A stretch of DNA of 64,000 nt from Chiloscyllium plagiosum (Eukaryota), in assembly GCF_004010195.1 (NCBI RefSeq), contig NC_057758.1, positions 4,828,043 through 4,892,042 of the forward strand, in the 5' to 3' direction. A model generated the notes under the pieces. The model saw only the letters and a list, made by a program, of their open reading frames with translations. It made no database searches and was not told the DNA's origin. Shown here one piece after another: positions 52,871-64,000 of the stretch. Within the stretch, counting starts at the first letter, position 1. Every line of letters starts with the position of its first letter. The position numbers and the translations under genes were made by a program.

Positions 52871-53203
52871 TTTACAGGGTGGATTCCGATGCCCCAGGAT
52901 GAGCAACATCAAAGGCCAGGCAAGTATACAGGGCAATTATTCACGTTTCAAATGGCAAATTACTGCATTGACAACAAGATGTCAAACTATGTCAGACTGA
53001 AGATGTCAGACTGAAGATTGGAACTGTCCAGAGGAGACAGAATTTGTAGGGTGTAATCACGAGAGTAACAAAAATAAATAAAAGCATTGCCAGTTCAGCT
53101 GAAATTATTAGTTATATCACATGCTTAATCCACCTCACAGAACCAGCCTAGACACAAGGAAATACCTGTGCAGCACAGAGCAACAAGCAGACCAGGCTAG
53201 TGC

Positions 53204-54349
53204 ACCGCTCAAGACAACTGACAATCTATCCAGAAAGCACTGATCTACAGTTTTATAATGAAAAGATGTCTGCCCAGCGTGTGGCTCGGTATACACCAAC
53301 ACAGTGCATGGCTCGGTAACACTGTGTCAGATCGCTGCTCAGCGTGTGGCTCGGTATACACCAACACAGCGCATGGCTCGGTATCACTGTGTCAGATCGC
53401 TGCCCAGCGTGTGGCTCGGTATACACCAACACAGTGCATGGCTCGGTAACACTGTGTCAGATCGCTGCCCAGCGTGTGGCTCGGTATACGCCAACACAGT
53501 GTATGGTTTGGTAACACTGTGTCAGATCGCTGCCCAGCGTGTGGCTCAGTATACACCAACACAGTGCATGGCTCGGTAACACTGTGTCAGATCGCTGCCC
53601 AGCGTTTGGCTCGGTTTACAACAACACAGTGCATGGCTCAGTAACACTGTGTCAGATCGCTGCCCAGCGTGTGGCTCGGTATACACCAACACAGCGCATG
53701 GCTCAGTAACACTGTGTCAGATCGCTGCCCAGCGTGTGGCTCGGTATACACCAACACAGTGCATGCCTGGGTATCACTGTGTCAGATCGCTGCCCAGCGT
53801 GTGGCTCGGTATACACCAACACAGTGCATGGCTCGGTAAAACTGTGTCAGATCGCTGCCCAGCGTGTGGCTCGGTATACACCAACACAGTGCATGGCTCA
53901 GTAACACTGTGTCAGATCGCTGCCCAGCGTGTGGCTCGGTTTACACCAATACAGTGCATAGCTTGGTAACACTGTTTTAGATCGCTACCCAGCGTGGGGA
54001 AACTTGCAGCCCATGCTGGAACTAACAGGAAGTGCAACTCTCATCTATTTCCAGCTCCAGACCTCCACTCAAGCCACACGCTGGGCAGCGATCTGACACA
54101 GTGTTACCGAGCCATGCACTGTGTTGGTGTATACCGAGCCACACGCTGGGCAGCGATCTAACACAGTGATACCGAGCCATGCGCTGTGTTGGTGTATACC
54201 GAGTCACACGCTGAGCAGCGATCTGACACAGTGTTACCGAGCCATGCACTGTGTTGGTGTATACCGAGCCACACGCTGGGCAGACATCTTTTCATTATAA
54301 AACTGTAGATCAGTGCTTTCTGGATAGATTGTCAGTTGTCTTGAGCGGT
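53204..54349. repeat. Foldback-like inverted repeat: 67-bp unique end plus 65-bp tandem array in each arm
   Basis: Left arm 53204-53997 (about 11 units from 53271); right arm 54072-54349 is the reverse complement of the first ~280 bp; spacer about 74 bp; tgc flanks both ends. Confidence 0.9.
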
Positions 54350-56719
54350 TGCTGAAAATCACTGCCAGAGAAATATGGCGGGGGAATCCGTTTACATGCA
54401 AACAAATAGCCAGTGAGTAGGAAACGTCGAGATAGTTTCATGGAAGAATATGTTCACACATTTCAATACTGATACGAAGACATTTCAATTTCATCCTGCA
54501 ACATGAGTCAGTGTTTCTAGGACTGCTGGGTTTACGCGATATTGATATGAGTTAAGATGATGGGCCTTTTGGATGAGCATTTGTTTTGCAGCTTTACATC
54601 TAGGAGTGGGGCTGGCAGAGTATTTGACTCACTGGGCAGAATCCAACAATAATTTGTCTCAGTGTCATTTTCATTGAGTGTGACAGATATATCAGTTGCA
54701 AGAGGCCGAACTAGTTTCCTGGTGCCATCTTATCGAAGGCACCTCATTAATTACGTACCCAACACCATGATGTCTCCCTCTCATTCAAATCCATGTCGAA
54801 TCTCGCACCCATAACCATCGCCCAGATGCCCCTGTAAATTCCACGGTCGCTGTAATTGGTGCCATTCTTAAAAGGACAATAGATAAATGGTTTAGCTTTC
54901 TCAGCTCGGAGCTGCTCTTCACAGTTTACCCCGAGCATGGCAGTTACTTGGCAAATTCACCACGATTTGTCGACGGGTCACAGAGCTGCTGGTAGATGGG
55001 CTAGTACAGAGGACGACAATTTTCTTCCTTGAAGAGGCCACATGATCTTACCCGCGGAGCATGGTCTGAGCTCACCACCCAACTCAGTACAGTATCTGCG
55101 CTCAGAACAAAATGTGCAAAAATACAGGGTAAGCATCAATAACCTTCCCTGCTCTGCCAGGATAAGTGTCACCGTATTCTCTTTGCTTCCTCAAATTCAA
55201 TGTATATTTATTATAGCACCGACATCAGAACGCGGCTCATCCTCCACCACTGTAATCAATTCATGCAGCACCTTCCCCTTCTGTCTCATCACCACTGCAT
55301 CCCCACAATAATTCACTGCATGGATACAACACTATGGACTGACTCAATCTCTGCACCTCACCACTTTCTCCCTACGTACACCAGCGCTAACAGCAAGGAC
55401 ACCCACCTCGACCCTCCCTCTCTTCCTTCCTCCCATTCCAAAAGAAACAAACTGTAATAGGACAGAAAGGGTCAAGCCGTGTGGTAGAATGCATGATAAT
55501 CGTTCTCTCACCCCATACTACCATCATGTCGGCAGGACCCTGTCACGTACTGGGTCAAAAGGGATATTCTGAAGCATCTACGTTCCACCAATCAAGTAAG
55601 GAACAATGTTCAGTGAAGGGTAAGTCTAACTTAAAGCCACTATCAGTTCTGTTTCCACCTGGTACAACTTAGAAGCCGTGTCCATGATGCTATGACCCCT
55701 TATTTGTCGAGCTGGTGCAAATGGAATCCCCATGGTCTTATGGACATGAGGCTGGGCTCACGACACACCATCTCCTCCAGCTCTCAGAAGGGGAGCAGGT
55801 GGTTCTCTCTGACACTTGCTTCTAAAAACAGCGCAGGTACTGAAACTAATCGGTGATATTTACTGCTCTCCCACTTGTCCTGAAATCTTCAGCAATCTGC
55901 GCTCACTTCCACCCTTCGCCTTTGTCTCCTTCACCCACTTCATAACTGTGCAGCCTGTTTATATTGTCTTTCAATGCTCTTCCTGACAATGTGCATCACC
56001 TAATAGTGCTCTGCATTGATCCCTATCTGCCACATGCCTGAACACTGCACGAAATTGTCGCTGTACAATTGGAATTTCACATTATCACCCACAAACTGCC
56101 GAGTTCTTCCAGTACTTTTTAAATCTACAAATCACACTCCAGACAGAACAGCTGAAATACTGACACTCTCACGTGTGTGAGGAAGTGAAGTATTGAAACA
56201 CTTCCCACGGAGTGACTGAAAGATTGACACACGACCCACTGAGCCAGTCAAATATTATCACGCTAAAACTGAGCAACAGGAATACTATAACTCAGGAGGA
56301 AGAGTGAGTTAAATACTGACAAACACCCTGCGGGAAAAGAGAAATACTGACAGATTCCACATGTTAGTATTAGTTCCATCGTAGTAATGTGTCTATTGGG
56401 GTGTCTGTATTGTTATCTGCGTGTATCTCTGTGTGTTTATGTGTGCTGCATGTTCAGGCAGTCTCTGCTATCTTTTAAGTGATCTTGCACAGGCAGCGGC
56501 AGCGGGAGAAAAAAATCAATTGGACTCATTCACAGAAAGGAAGAGGGTGAGGGCAGCACCCACAGCATCAACCAAACTGACAGCACCATTAACACACGCA
56601 CACGCACACACACACACACACCTGATTCCAATTACACGGAGAACTCTCAGGGTGGAACATGTTCACGTTAAAAAATGTCCATGCTCCCTCTGGGAATGTG
56701 GAAGTGATTTGTCTTTGGG

Positions 56720-56935
56720 TCGTACTCATAGAGTAGTAAGGGTATGGAATGCTTTGCCTGCAACAGTAGTAGATTCGCCAATTTTAAGTGCATTGAAGTC
56801 GTCATTGGACAGGCAAATGGACGTACATGGAAAAGTGTAGTTTAGATGGGCTTCAGATTGGTATGACATGTCTGCGCAACATCGAGGGCCGAAGGGCCTG
56901 TACTGCGCTGTAATGTTCTATGTTCTATGTTCTAC
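56720..56935 (+). mobile_element. CR1-type 3' end
   Basis: THRVVRVWNALP, then atcgagggccgaagggcctgtactg..(tgttcta)3. Confidence 0.85.
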
Positions 56936-58161
56936 TCCTGATAAACAGTGCACACATTAACAAGTATGTCCATTGCAATTATATTCAGGACCCTCAAAAT
57001 GAGTCAGTTTGTTAGGAGTTAAGATGAATTTGATGGCAATTTCTGGAACGCGCAATGCTTACGAACTTATTCTTACAAGTGATCTTGCATGTGCAAGATT
57101 TTGATTTTCCCAAAATCTCTCACTCTTGTAGCCTACTCCACAGTGAATGCTGAGAACAAATGCTCGCTTAGTATCTTACCCACCTCCTACGGTTCCACAA
57201 GTCGACAAGGGCCTTATTCTCTCCCTAGTTAGTCTTCTCACTATAAATGAATTTGTAGCATTTCTTCACTCTCTAGTTAACCCTATTTCCAAAGCCATCC
57301 CATGTCTCCTGTTTTTTCCGCCCTGATTTCCCTCTTGACTCTACTACACTTACTCTTGTACTCATCTAGGGATTCTCTCGATCCCAGCTCTGTTACCTGA
57401 TAGATTCTTCCTTCATTTTCTTGACCAGAGCATCAATCTCACTAGTCATCCCGCACTCCCTGCACCTACCATCCTTGTCCGTCTCACTAATAGGAATAGA
57501 TTGTCTGAATCCAATGTTTGAAGATCTTCCATTTTCCAAACATCCCTTTATCTGTGAATTGCGTTTCTCAATACTTTCAAAATTGCCCTTTATCTAAATT
57601 AAAACATTAACATTTCATCAAGTCTATACTCTTCCATAATTATTTTGAATCTAATGATTACTGTGAAACAGACTTGAAAATTTGAATGAAATCCCCCTGT
57701 CCCTCTGTAACAGGCTCGCGAGACTGAATGGCCTCCTCCTATCTCTCTGTAACATGAAATGATGAATCGCCTCGTCTTGTCCATCTCTTAATCTCCATGA
57801 TATTACATAATATGCCATCGCGTGGATTATGGGCAGCCATTAAACTGCATCTGATGGAGATTCCTCCCTCCTCAATTACAGAAACAGAAACAATACAGTG
57901 TACTCCAGATGTCTCAATAACAACTCGTACAGCAGCAGGAACACTTCTCTGTGTTTAGAATGATTCTCTTTGCAAAATGTGCAAACATCCCAGCTTTTCG
58001 CTCTTCATGCAGTAATGCTCCATTCTGCACCGAATAGCCTATCCTATCCCTCTGTAACAGACAAAAAGGCTCAGAATTGATATCTTCTCTTTCTGTGCAG
58101 CAATCCCAATGTTATGTGTCAAGGTTATGAAAGGATTTCATAACAGGACTTTTAAAATTAT

Positions 58162-58441
58162 ATTAGATTAGATTACTTACAGTGTGGAAACAGGCCCTTC
58201 GGCCCAACAAGTCCACGCCGCCCCGCCGAAGCGCAACCCACCCATATATTTACCCCTTACCTAACACTACGGGCAATTTAGCATGGCCAATTCACCTGAC
58301 CTGCACATCTTTGGACTGTGGGAGGAAACCCACGCAGACACGAGGAGAATGTGCAAACTCCACACAGTCAGTCGCCTGAGGCGGGAATTGAACCCGCGTC
58401 TCTGGCGCTGTGAGGCAGCAGTGCTAACCACTGTGCCACCC
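58162..58441 (-). mobile_element. Full-length HE1/V-SINE
   Basis: Reverse complement of ggtggcacagtggttagcactgctgcctcacagcgccagagacgcgggttcaattccc (A/B boxes), V-domain and taatct tail. Confidence 0.92.
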
Positions 58442-58870
58442 ACAAAATGAAGAGTAGCCTCACCCAAAGTCACTTGGCAATAAGTATAGTGCCTCTGGAT
58501 AAGGTACCTAGAAAAATCCCCATCAGATATTTTATGCAGTTAGTCTGTTATTATATCCCTGTGTCATTTTTTAAATGGGGTGGAACATATGCAATCCTGA
58601 AGTACTGTGTCAGTACGCTCACATTCAAGGAAAATAAGAACACTGACAGATTTATTGGTCCATCCCCCAGGAAACCTCTTACCTTCCACCCACACAACGA
58701 AAATGTTCTCTTTTATTGTACAATGAAAAGTGATGTAAGGAAGGAGTTAACTTAACCTGTTTTGTTCGGTGACCGTGATTCAGGCAGTCTCCATAGATTC
58801 TAATGATCCCAGTGGGGTGATTCTATCTTTTATTGATGAACGGGTCCCATTGAATGTGGAATTCTACAGC

Positions 58871-59150
58871 ATGAGCAGGAGGATCACTGACAGCACTCAC
58901 AGAGATCAGCAGCTTCAGAGAGAACGGGAGGAGAGATCAGGGTCTGAGAAATTTCCACTGGAATGGTCCAGCAATGTATCAGAATCTGAGAACATTAAAC
59001 TGGAATGTTTCAACAATGGACAGGGGTTTATCTATTTATGTTTGGGTTCTTTCTACAAAATATTGGTTGGATTATCATTGCGAATCTATTATGCTCTTCT
59101 CCTTATTCAATATTTTTACTATCCTATCCTGGCTATGGTTGGTGTCCCTG
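58871..59150 (+). CDS. gpr139-like: First coding exon of a GPR139-like class A GPCR (N-terminus plus start of TM1); may be a pseudogene
   Basis: ..LSLRIYYALLLIQYFYYPILAMVGVP G|gtaagt (phase 1). Repeat-like MYQNLRTLNWNVSTMDR from 58974 is in another frame, while ATG 58871 is open through to the donor. Remaining exon(s) not seen in the window. Confidence 0.7.
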
Positions 59151-59960
59151 GTAAGTATCACTGTGCAAATATTATTTCTATAAAGCTTTTATGACTGCAT
59201 TACCGTTATTTCATATAGTCGATGCTTATTGACACTATTACTGTCGTTGTTGAGACACTGAGTCCAGGTAGTCACTCTGCAGATCACTACTAAATGCATT
59301 AGAGAAACTGATCAATTACGATGGTATTGCTCATGGATCACTATGTTGAGCTATTCAGCTTCAGCTACGGACCACGATTCAGTGTCTCACTGCCATTGTT
59401 GTTTTCACATTCGGAGCATGGAGGTCACTGTCCTCTGTTCTGTTTACAAATACCACTTCCTTCCTCTGATTGCACCCAATTCCTGATCTAAATCTGAGAC
59501 TGAAGCAGACCAACTGAGTCACAACTGTGTTGATCCCATTGACCATGACCGGATCCCTGACACTATGCCCTGATCATGACTAATTTTAATTACTCAGCCC
59601 TCCAGAATCTATCTCATTGATTCATCCCATCTGCTCCTTCAACCTTGAGCAATAACAAAACAACGATCTTCATGTTGCCAATAATCTGCTGCTGACACTC
59701 CCGGTTACTAAGGTGCAGAAGCAAATCTAATTCGAGTTCACACCAAAATCATATCCAGTTGTCATTCCTGTATACACTGCTCTATATTGCTATTGAACTT
59801 GGCAGTGCCTTTAGTTCAATATTCTCAAGCACTTTATCTCTTCTATCCGTGTAACGTCCCTTGGTGTCTCTCTGTCGATTACCCAAAGTCCTAACGGATG
59901 TGTGTTCTCTCAAGTAATGATTTTCACATTCAAACAGCCCGAGTGTACGTGCGCACACAC

Positions 59961-59964
<4 letters not shown>

Positions 59965-60008
<44 letters not shown>
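59965..60008. repeat. (CT)n(CA)n compound microsatellite
   Basis: Directly visible. Confidence 0.95.
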
Positions 60009-60767
60009 TCCTTTCCTTGTCCTGGTCCAAAGGAGATATGAAACATTCATTTGGGAGAAACCCATTTACTGTCACTCACAGCAAGAGCTACAAGTCTTAC
60101 CGTGCTGGATGATAACTTGATGAGACTATTGTCCCGTGGTGATAGTAAAGTTTTGCAATGTTCCCCATGCTGGAAATAGTCCAGTTTATTTAGTGATATG
60201 CCATCATGGTCTGCACAGCTCTGCATACTCTCCTGTCATCTTATCCCAGGTAACGTTGTTTGAGGCGTTCTGGGAAGTGGATGCCGAATTTGATTTAAAA
60301 TCCTTTTTTTTCTGGCCTCACAATGCAGTTATTCAACGGTCTAATTCTTATAATTTTCCTCTCGAAATTCTCAGTCCTTCAGTTAGTCCCACTGCCCTGC
60401 CTTTTTAACCATATTTCCACAATATGTTCTCAGTTCATCAATTACCTGATTTTGTCTTTAATGTATTATTTCTGTCCCTCTGTGTCTTTCCTTAGCCTGG
60501 GTTTTTGGCTCCGTAGTGTGCCAGGTGCTGGGATTGTGAACCTCAGAAACAATGAAGTGGTGTGTGTCGGGCTGTTGTTCACTCTCCACTGTGTCCCATG
60601 TGATGCTTCGTGTTGGACAGGGGGCTCAGCATCTTGACTTCCATCTTTGAAACTTGGTCTGTGCATGCTCACTGAACTCCTGTGCTGGTCCCTCTCAGCT
60701 TATTGTGCAATCACTAACACGAGGAGGCCCCTTGAGTTTTACTGTAAAGGATGAGATATCTAACCTG

Positions 60768-63360
60768 TGTTACAAGGCTGTCGTTTTTATGAAGTTTATT
60801 TTCTCCTCATTTTTGTTTCAAGAGAGGTCGTAAATACCGAACTGCAGACTGGAAACGGCTTAAGTAAGTAACTTAGGAGACGTATAGGTTTATTTTTACA
60901 ATAGTTGGAACAACGAACAGCTCTCACAGACCAGGCTGTCTAGTTTTATAGAGCTTTGACAGTCACGAGGTGTTTGGCATCCCAGAACTGTTGGAAGCTT
61001 CAATAAATGATCCACAGCTGATTTCACTGTTAAAAATCTCTTGATGTTGTTTCCTCCTGCATTGGAAAACTGCATGCAGGAATGTATGGCTGTATGTGCC
61101 TTTTTGCGAAGTGGTGTGTTTGTGGGAAGGTGGAAAATTGGAACAGTTCATTCCTAGAAGGTACTGTATCTAATATTCGGTTATGTTTTACAAAATTAAG
61201 GTATTCTAAATTCCACTTCTTTTAGTTTGTATTTTTATTACAGTGTACAATTAAATTGCCTTTTGCTTAAAGTTGCGTGTTTTTACTAGCTGCATCATAT
61301 CTAGAACACCCATCTAACAAATAACTTTAAAACAAGAAAATGTTGGCGTCGAGGTTCCCGTCCTAAAATATTTTGAGGCGGTCCGGTCTGGTCCATAGCG
61401 AACTGGGGTTCTTGGCCAGTTCCACAACGATAATTCCAAACTTGGTTTAGGATCCGTAACATTACGGTGTTGAAACATGCCATTTGACCCAACAAATCCA
61501 CAACAAACATACTAAAAGTTTCCCACCCATACCCATTCCCCATTATTTTAAATTTCCCCTGACTAATGCACCGACATATCCTTGAACACTATGAGCAATT
61601 TAGCATGGTCAATTCACCTAATCTACAATTCTTTGGGCTGTGGGAGGAAATCGGAGCATCCGGAAGAAACCTATGCAGATACTGGGAGAATGTGCACGGA
61701 GATATTGTTTGGCACAAAGGCAGCGTGTGGTAGGTGTTTGTGTCCTTTTTCTCTGGTTGTTGAATCCGTTTCCTTTAAAGAGTGTTTTGTGTAGTAACGG
61801 CAGTTTCAGTCACTAAAGGTTGTCTGGTGGTTGGAGAAGTGACGTTGGCTGTTTGACAAACTTTGAGCAAGGCAAAGCTGTTTGAATTGAGAGACACACT
61901 GGATTTGGGGTTGCTGTTTTCATTTAGAAAAGGACAGTTAACTAGCGCAAAAGATGAGCATTTAAATTTTGTTGGATAAGACATCTGAATCTTTCGAAAT
62001 GGCTAAAATTTAATTGCAGACGAGGCAGCTTGAATATGAAAAGGAAATGAAACAGTTTGACTTATGAATAAAAGTCGAGTTAAAAGAATAGAAGAGGAAG
62101 AACAACGTCAGAAAACGAGTGAAGAAAAGCGGAAAAGGAATATTTCAACTTCAAACGTTCGTGATTAGAGAGGAAAGTCGACGTAGAAGGGTAGAGATGA
62201 ACGTAGAAGGTAGGCTGAATGAGGAGGATAGTGAGGATGAGCAACACTGTGGTCATGAAATACCTTTTGTGGTTTTGTTTCTATATATATGTACACAGGA
62301 ATGGTCTAAATGTGACGTGAAATTCGTAGAGGCGTTTTGAAATTCAGTTGAGAAAGTGGCAAAACAAATGCAGCGACCAGTGGCCATGTGGATTCCGTTG
62401 ACCCAAACAAAGGTGGTAGGTGCACTGAGCGAGTTTTTTGTATCACTATCAGAGCAGGTATCTGTGGTGTATGAGGAGGTCATAGAGTCATCGACTCATA
62501 GAGATGGACAGCACAGAAACAGCCCCTTCCGTCAATCTCGGTTATGCAACCAATTATCCTAACTTAACCTATTCCCATTTGCCAGCACTTAGCCAGCCTA
62601 CGACTTTCCAGGGTAAACAGCCCCAGCCCATTTAGCCTCTATCTATAGCTCCAATCTTCCAACTCTGACACTTTCAAATGTCACGACATCCTTGTGACAG
62701 GAGGGACACCGGAATTGCACACAATATTCCAAACGTTGCCAAATCAATTCCCTGGCCAGCCGCAACATGACCTCCAAACTCCTGAACCCAACAACAAAGG
62801 AATGTATACCAAACGCCTGATTCATTATCCTATCTACCTCCGACTCTACTTTCAAGGAACCTGCAATACAAAGTCTCCTTGATCAGCAACAATCCCTAGG
62901 TTCTTTCCATTAAGTGTTAAACCTGCTTTGACATTTTCTTTCAAAATGTAGCACTTCATGTTTATCAAGCCTTCGGAATACCATATGTGTTTAAAAGCCA
63001 GACGCCTACAGATAACTTTTTTTCAGGAATGAAATAAGGGACCCAGGTTAAACGTACATCGAGTTTGAAAGGATCAAACAAATCAATATGATAGGTGGAT
63101 AAGAGCATTAACAATAGAACAAACCAATGACGCTGTTATGGAGATTCTTATAATGGGGGAGTTCAATAATTCACTTCCGGAGATGGTGAGAACACATCAC
63201 GAAGAGGAGAGAGTTAAAATGGCAGGATTAGCAGCCAAAATGGCTGATGATTATGAGTTGGTCCATAAATCAAAGTTTCGTTTCTGTGATGGCTGGAGAA
63301 GAACGAGCCAGATCTTTGTTAAAGATCTACTTACAACAGTAAGGTTTACTGGCGTAGGCC
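60768..63360 (+). mobile_element. 5' LTR, degenerate PBS and decayed gag of a gypsy (probably Gmr1-like) element, with nested SINE and CR1 pieces
   Basis: LTR tgttacaagg..ggtctggtccatagc (60768-61400) followed by tggggttcttggcc; gag-like FE-KVAKQMQRPVAMW and EFNNSLPEMVRTH..AAKMADDYEL; SINE at about 61460-61700 and CR1 (minus) at about 62480-62970. Confidence 0.75.
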
Positions 63361-64000
63361 AGGAGTAACAGGTCAACAGTTACACTGTACAGAGGTACAG
63401 AAGAATTAAATTCTTTGATGCTGAGATATGATGAGATATGTCTTTCAGAAGGACTAATGGACAGATGAGAACTGTTCCACTACGTGAAGTGTGTTTGGAG
63501 TGTCCGGTGAAATCATCAACAAAATTATTCCAAAACTGAAAGGAAGACCTTGACCTTGGTGCTGGTGTTGTAATATTTCAGCATTTAAGTTGCCAATAAC
63601 ATTTTAAAAAGAAATTTACATACTGATCATAATCCCTTGAAGTTTTGGAGAAATTTAAGGAGAAAAATTCAGCCTGTTTAGATAGGGCTTATTATTGCAG
63701 CCACTCAATTTTGAAAATTATTTAGGGGCTTGGACGAAAAAAACGTAATTGCCCACACGTTGTTCAGACTTGGATGAAGAAAGTAAAAGGAGTTCTGAGC
63801 CAGGAGTGTATGACTAAAGCCTTATTCTTTCTTTATTAATAAATTAAACAACATATATATTTAAAACAGTTATTTTCTGCTTTTTTTTCTTCTTGAAGAG
63901 ATGACTTAATGGAGGAGCTGCTGAACCACCGCCTGAAAATGGCTGCAGTAAATGACTTGGGCGACATTTACTTTTTTTTAAAATGGTAATAACCAAGGTA

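Noticed and set aside
53258-54249. Cys/His-rich repetitive ORFs, or a CRISPR-like array
   Set aside because: The units are near-identical 65-bp tandem repeats (not a multiple of 3) with no variable spacers and no cas genes, in eukaryotic DNA; the ORFs are by-products of the repeat
58360-58441. tRNA-like sequence with A/B boxes (also 13568 and 24294)
   Set aside because: These are SINE heads continuing into the V-domain and tail, not tRNA genes

Overview
Vertebrate, almost certainly elasmobranch (shark-like), genomic DNA. Most of it is decayed retroelements: CR1 LINEs, a second Jockey/CR1-group LINE, Penelope-like elements with hammerhead motifs, HE1/V-SINEs, and Gmr1-type gypsy elements with their LTRs. 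There are four N gaps. The main result is a compact, apparently intact two-exon beta-defensin-like gene (18013-18106 + 18516-18634, + strand, 70 aa). It has a TATA box, a signal peptide, a phase-1 GT-AG intron and a C-x6-C-x4-C-x10-C-x5-CC motif, and it sits at the left junction of a ~9.5 kb duplicated block (7624-17240 vs 18677-27965). The window is bracketed by two divergently oriented, paralogous first exons of GPR139-like GPCRs (about 1534-1853 minus, frameshifted; about 58871-59150 plus). A foldback-like inverted structure built from 65-bp tandem units lies at 53204-54349. All calls were read by eye; no database searches were run, and TE boundaries are approximate.
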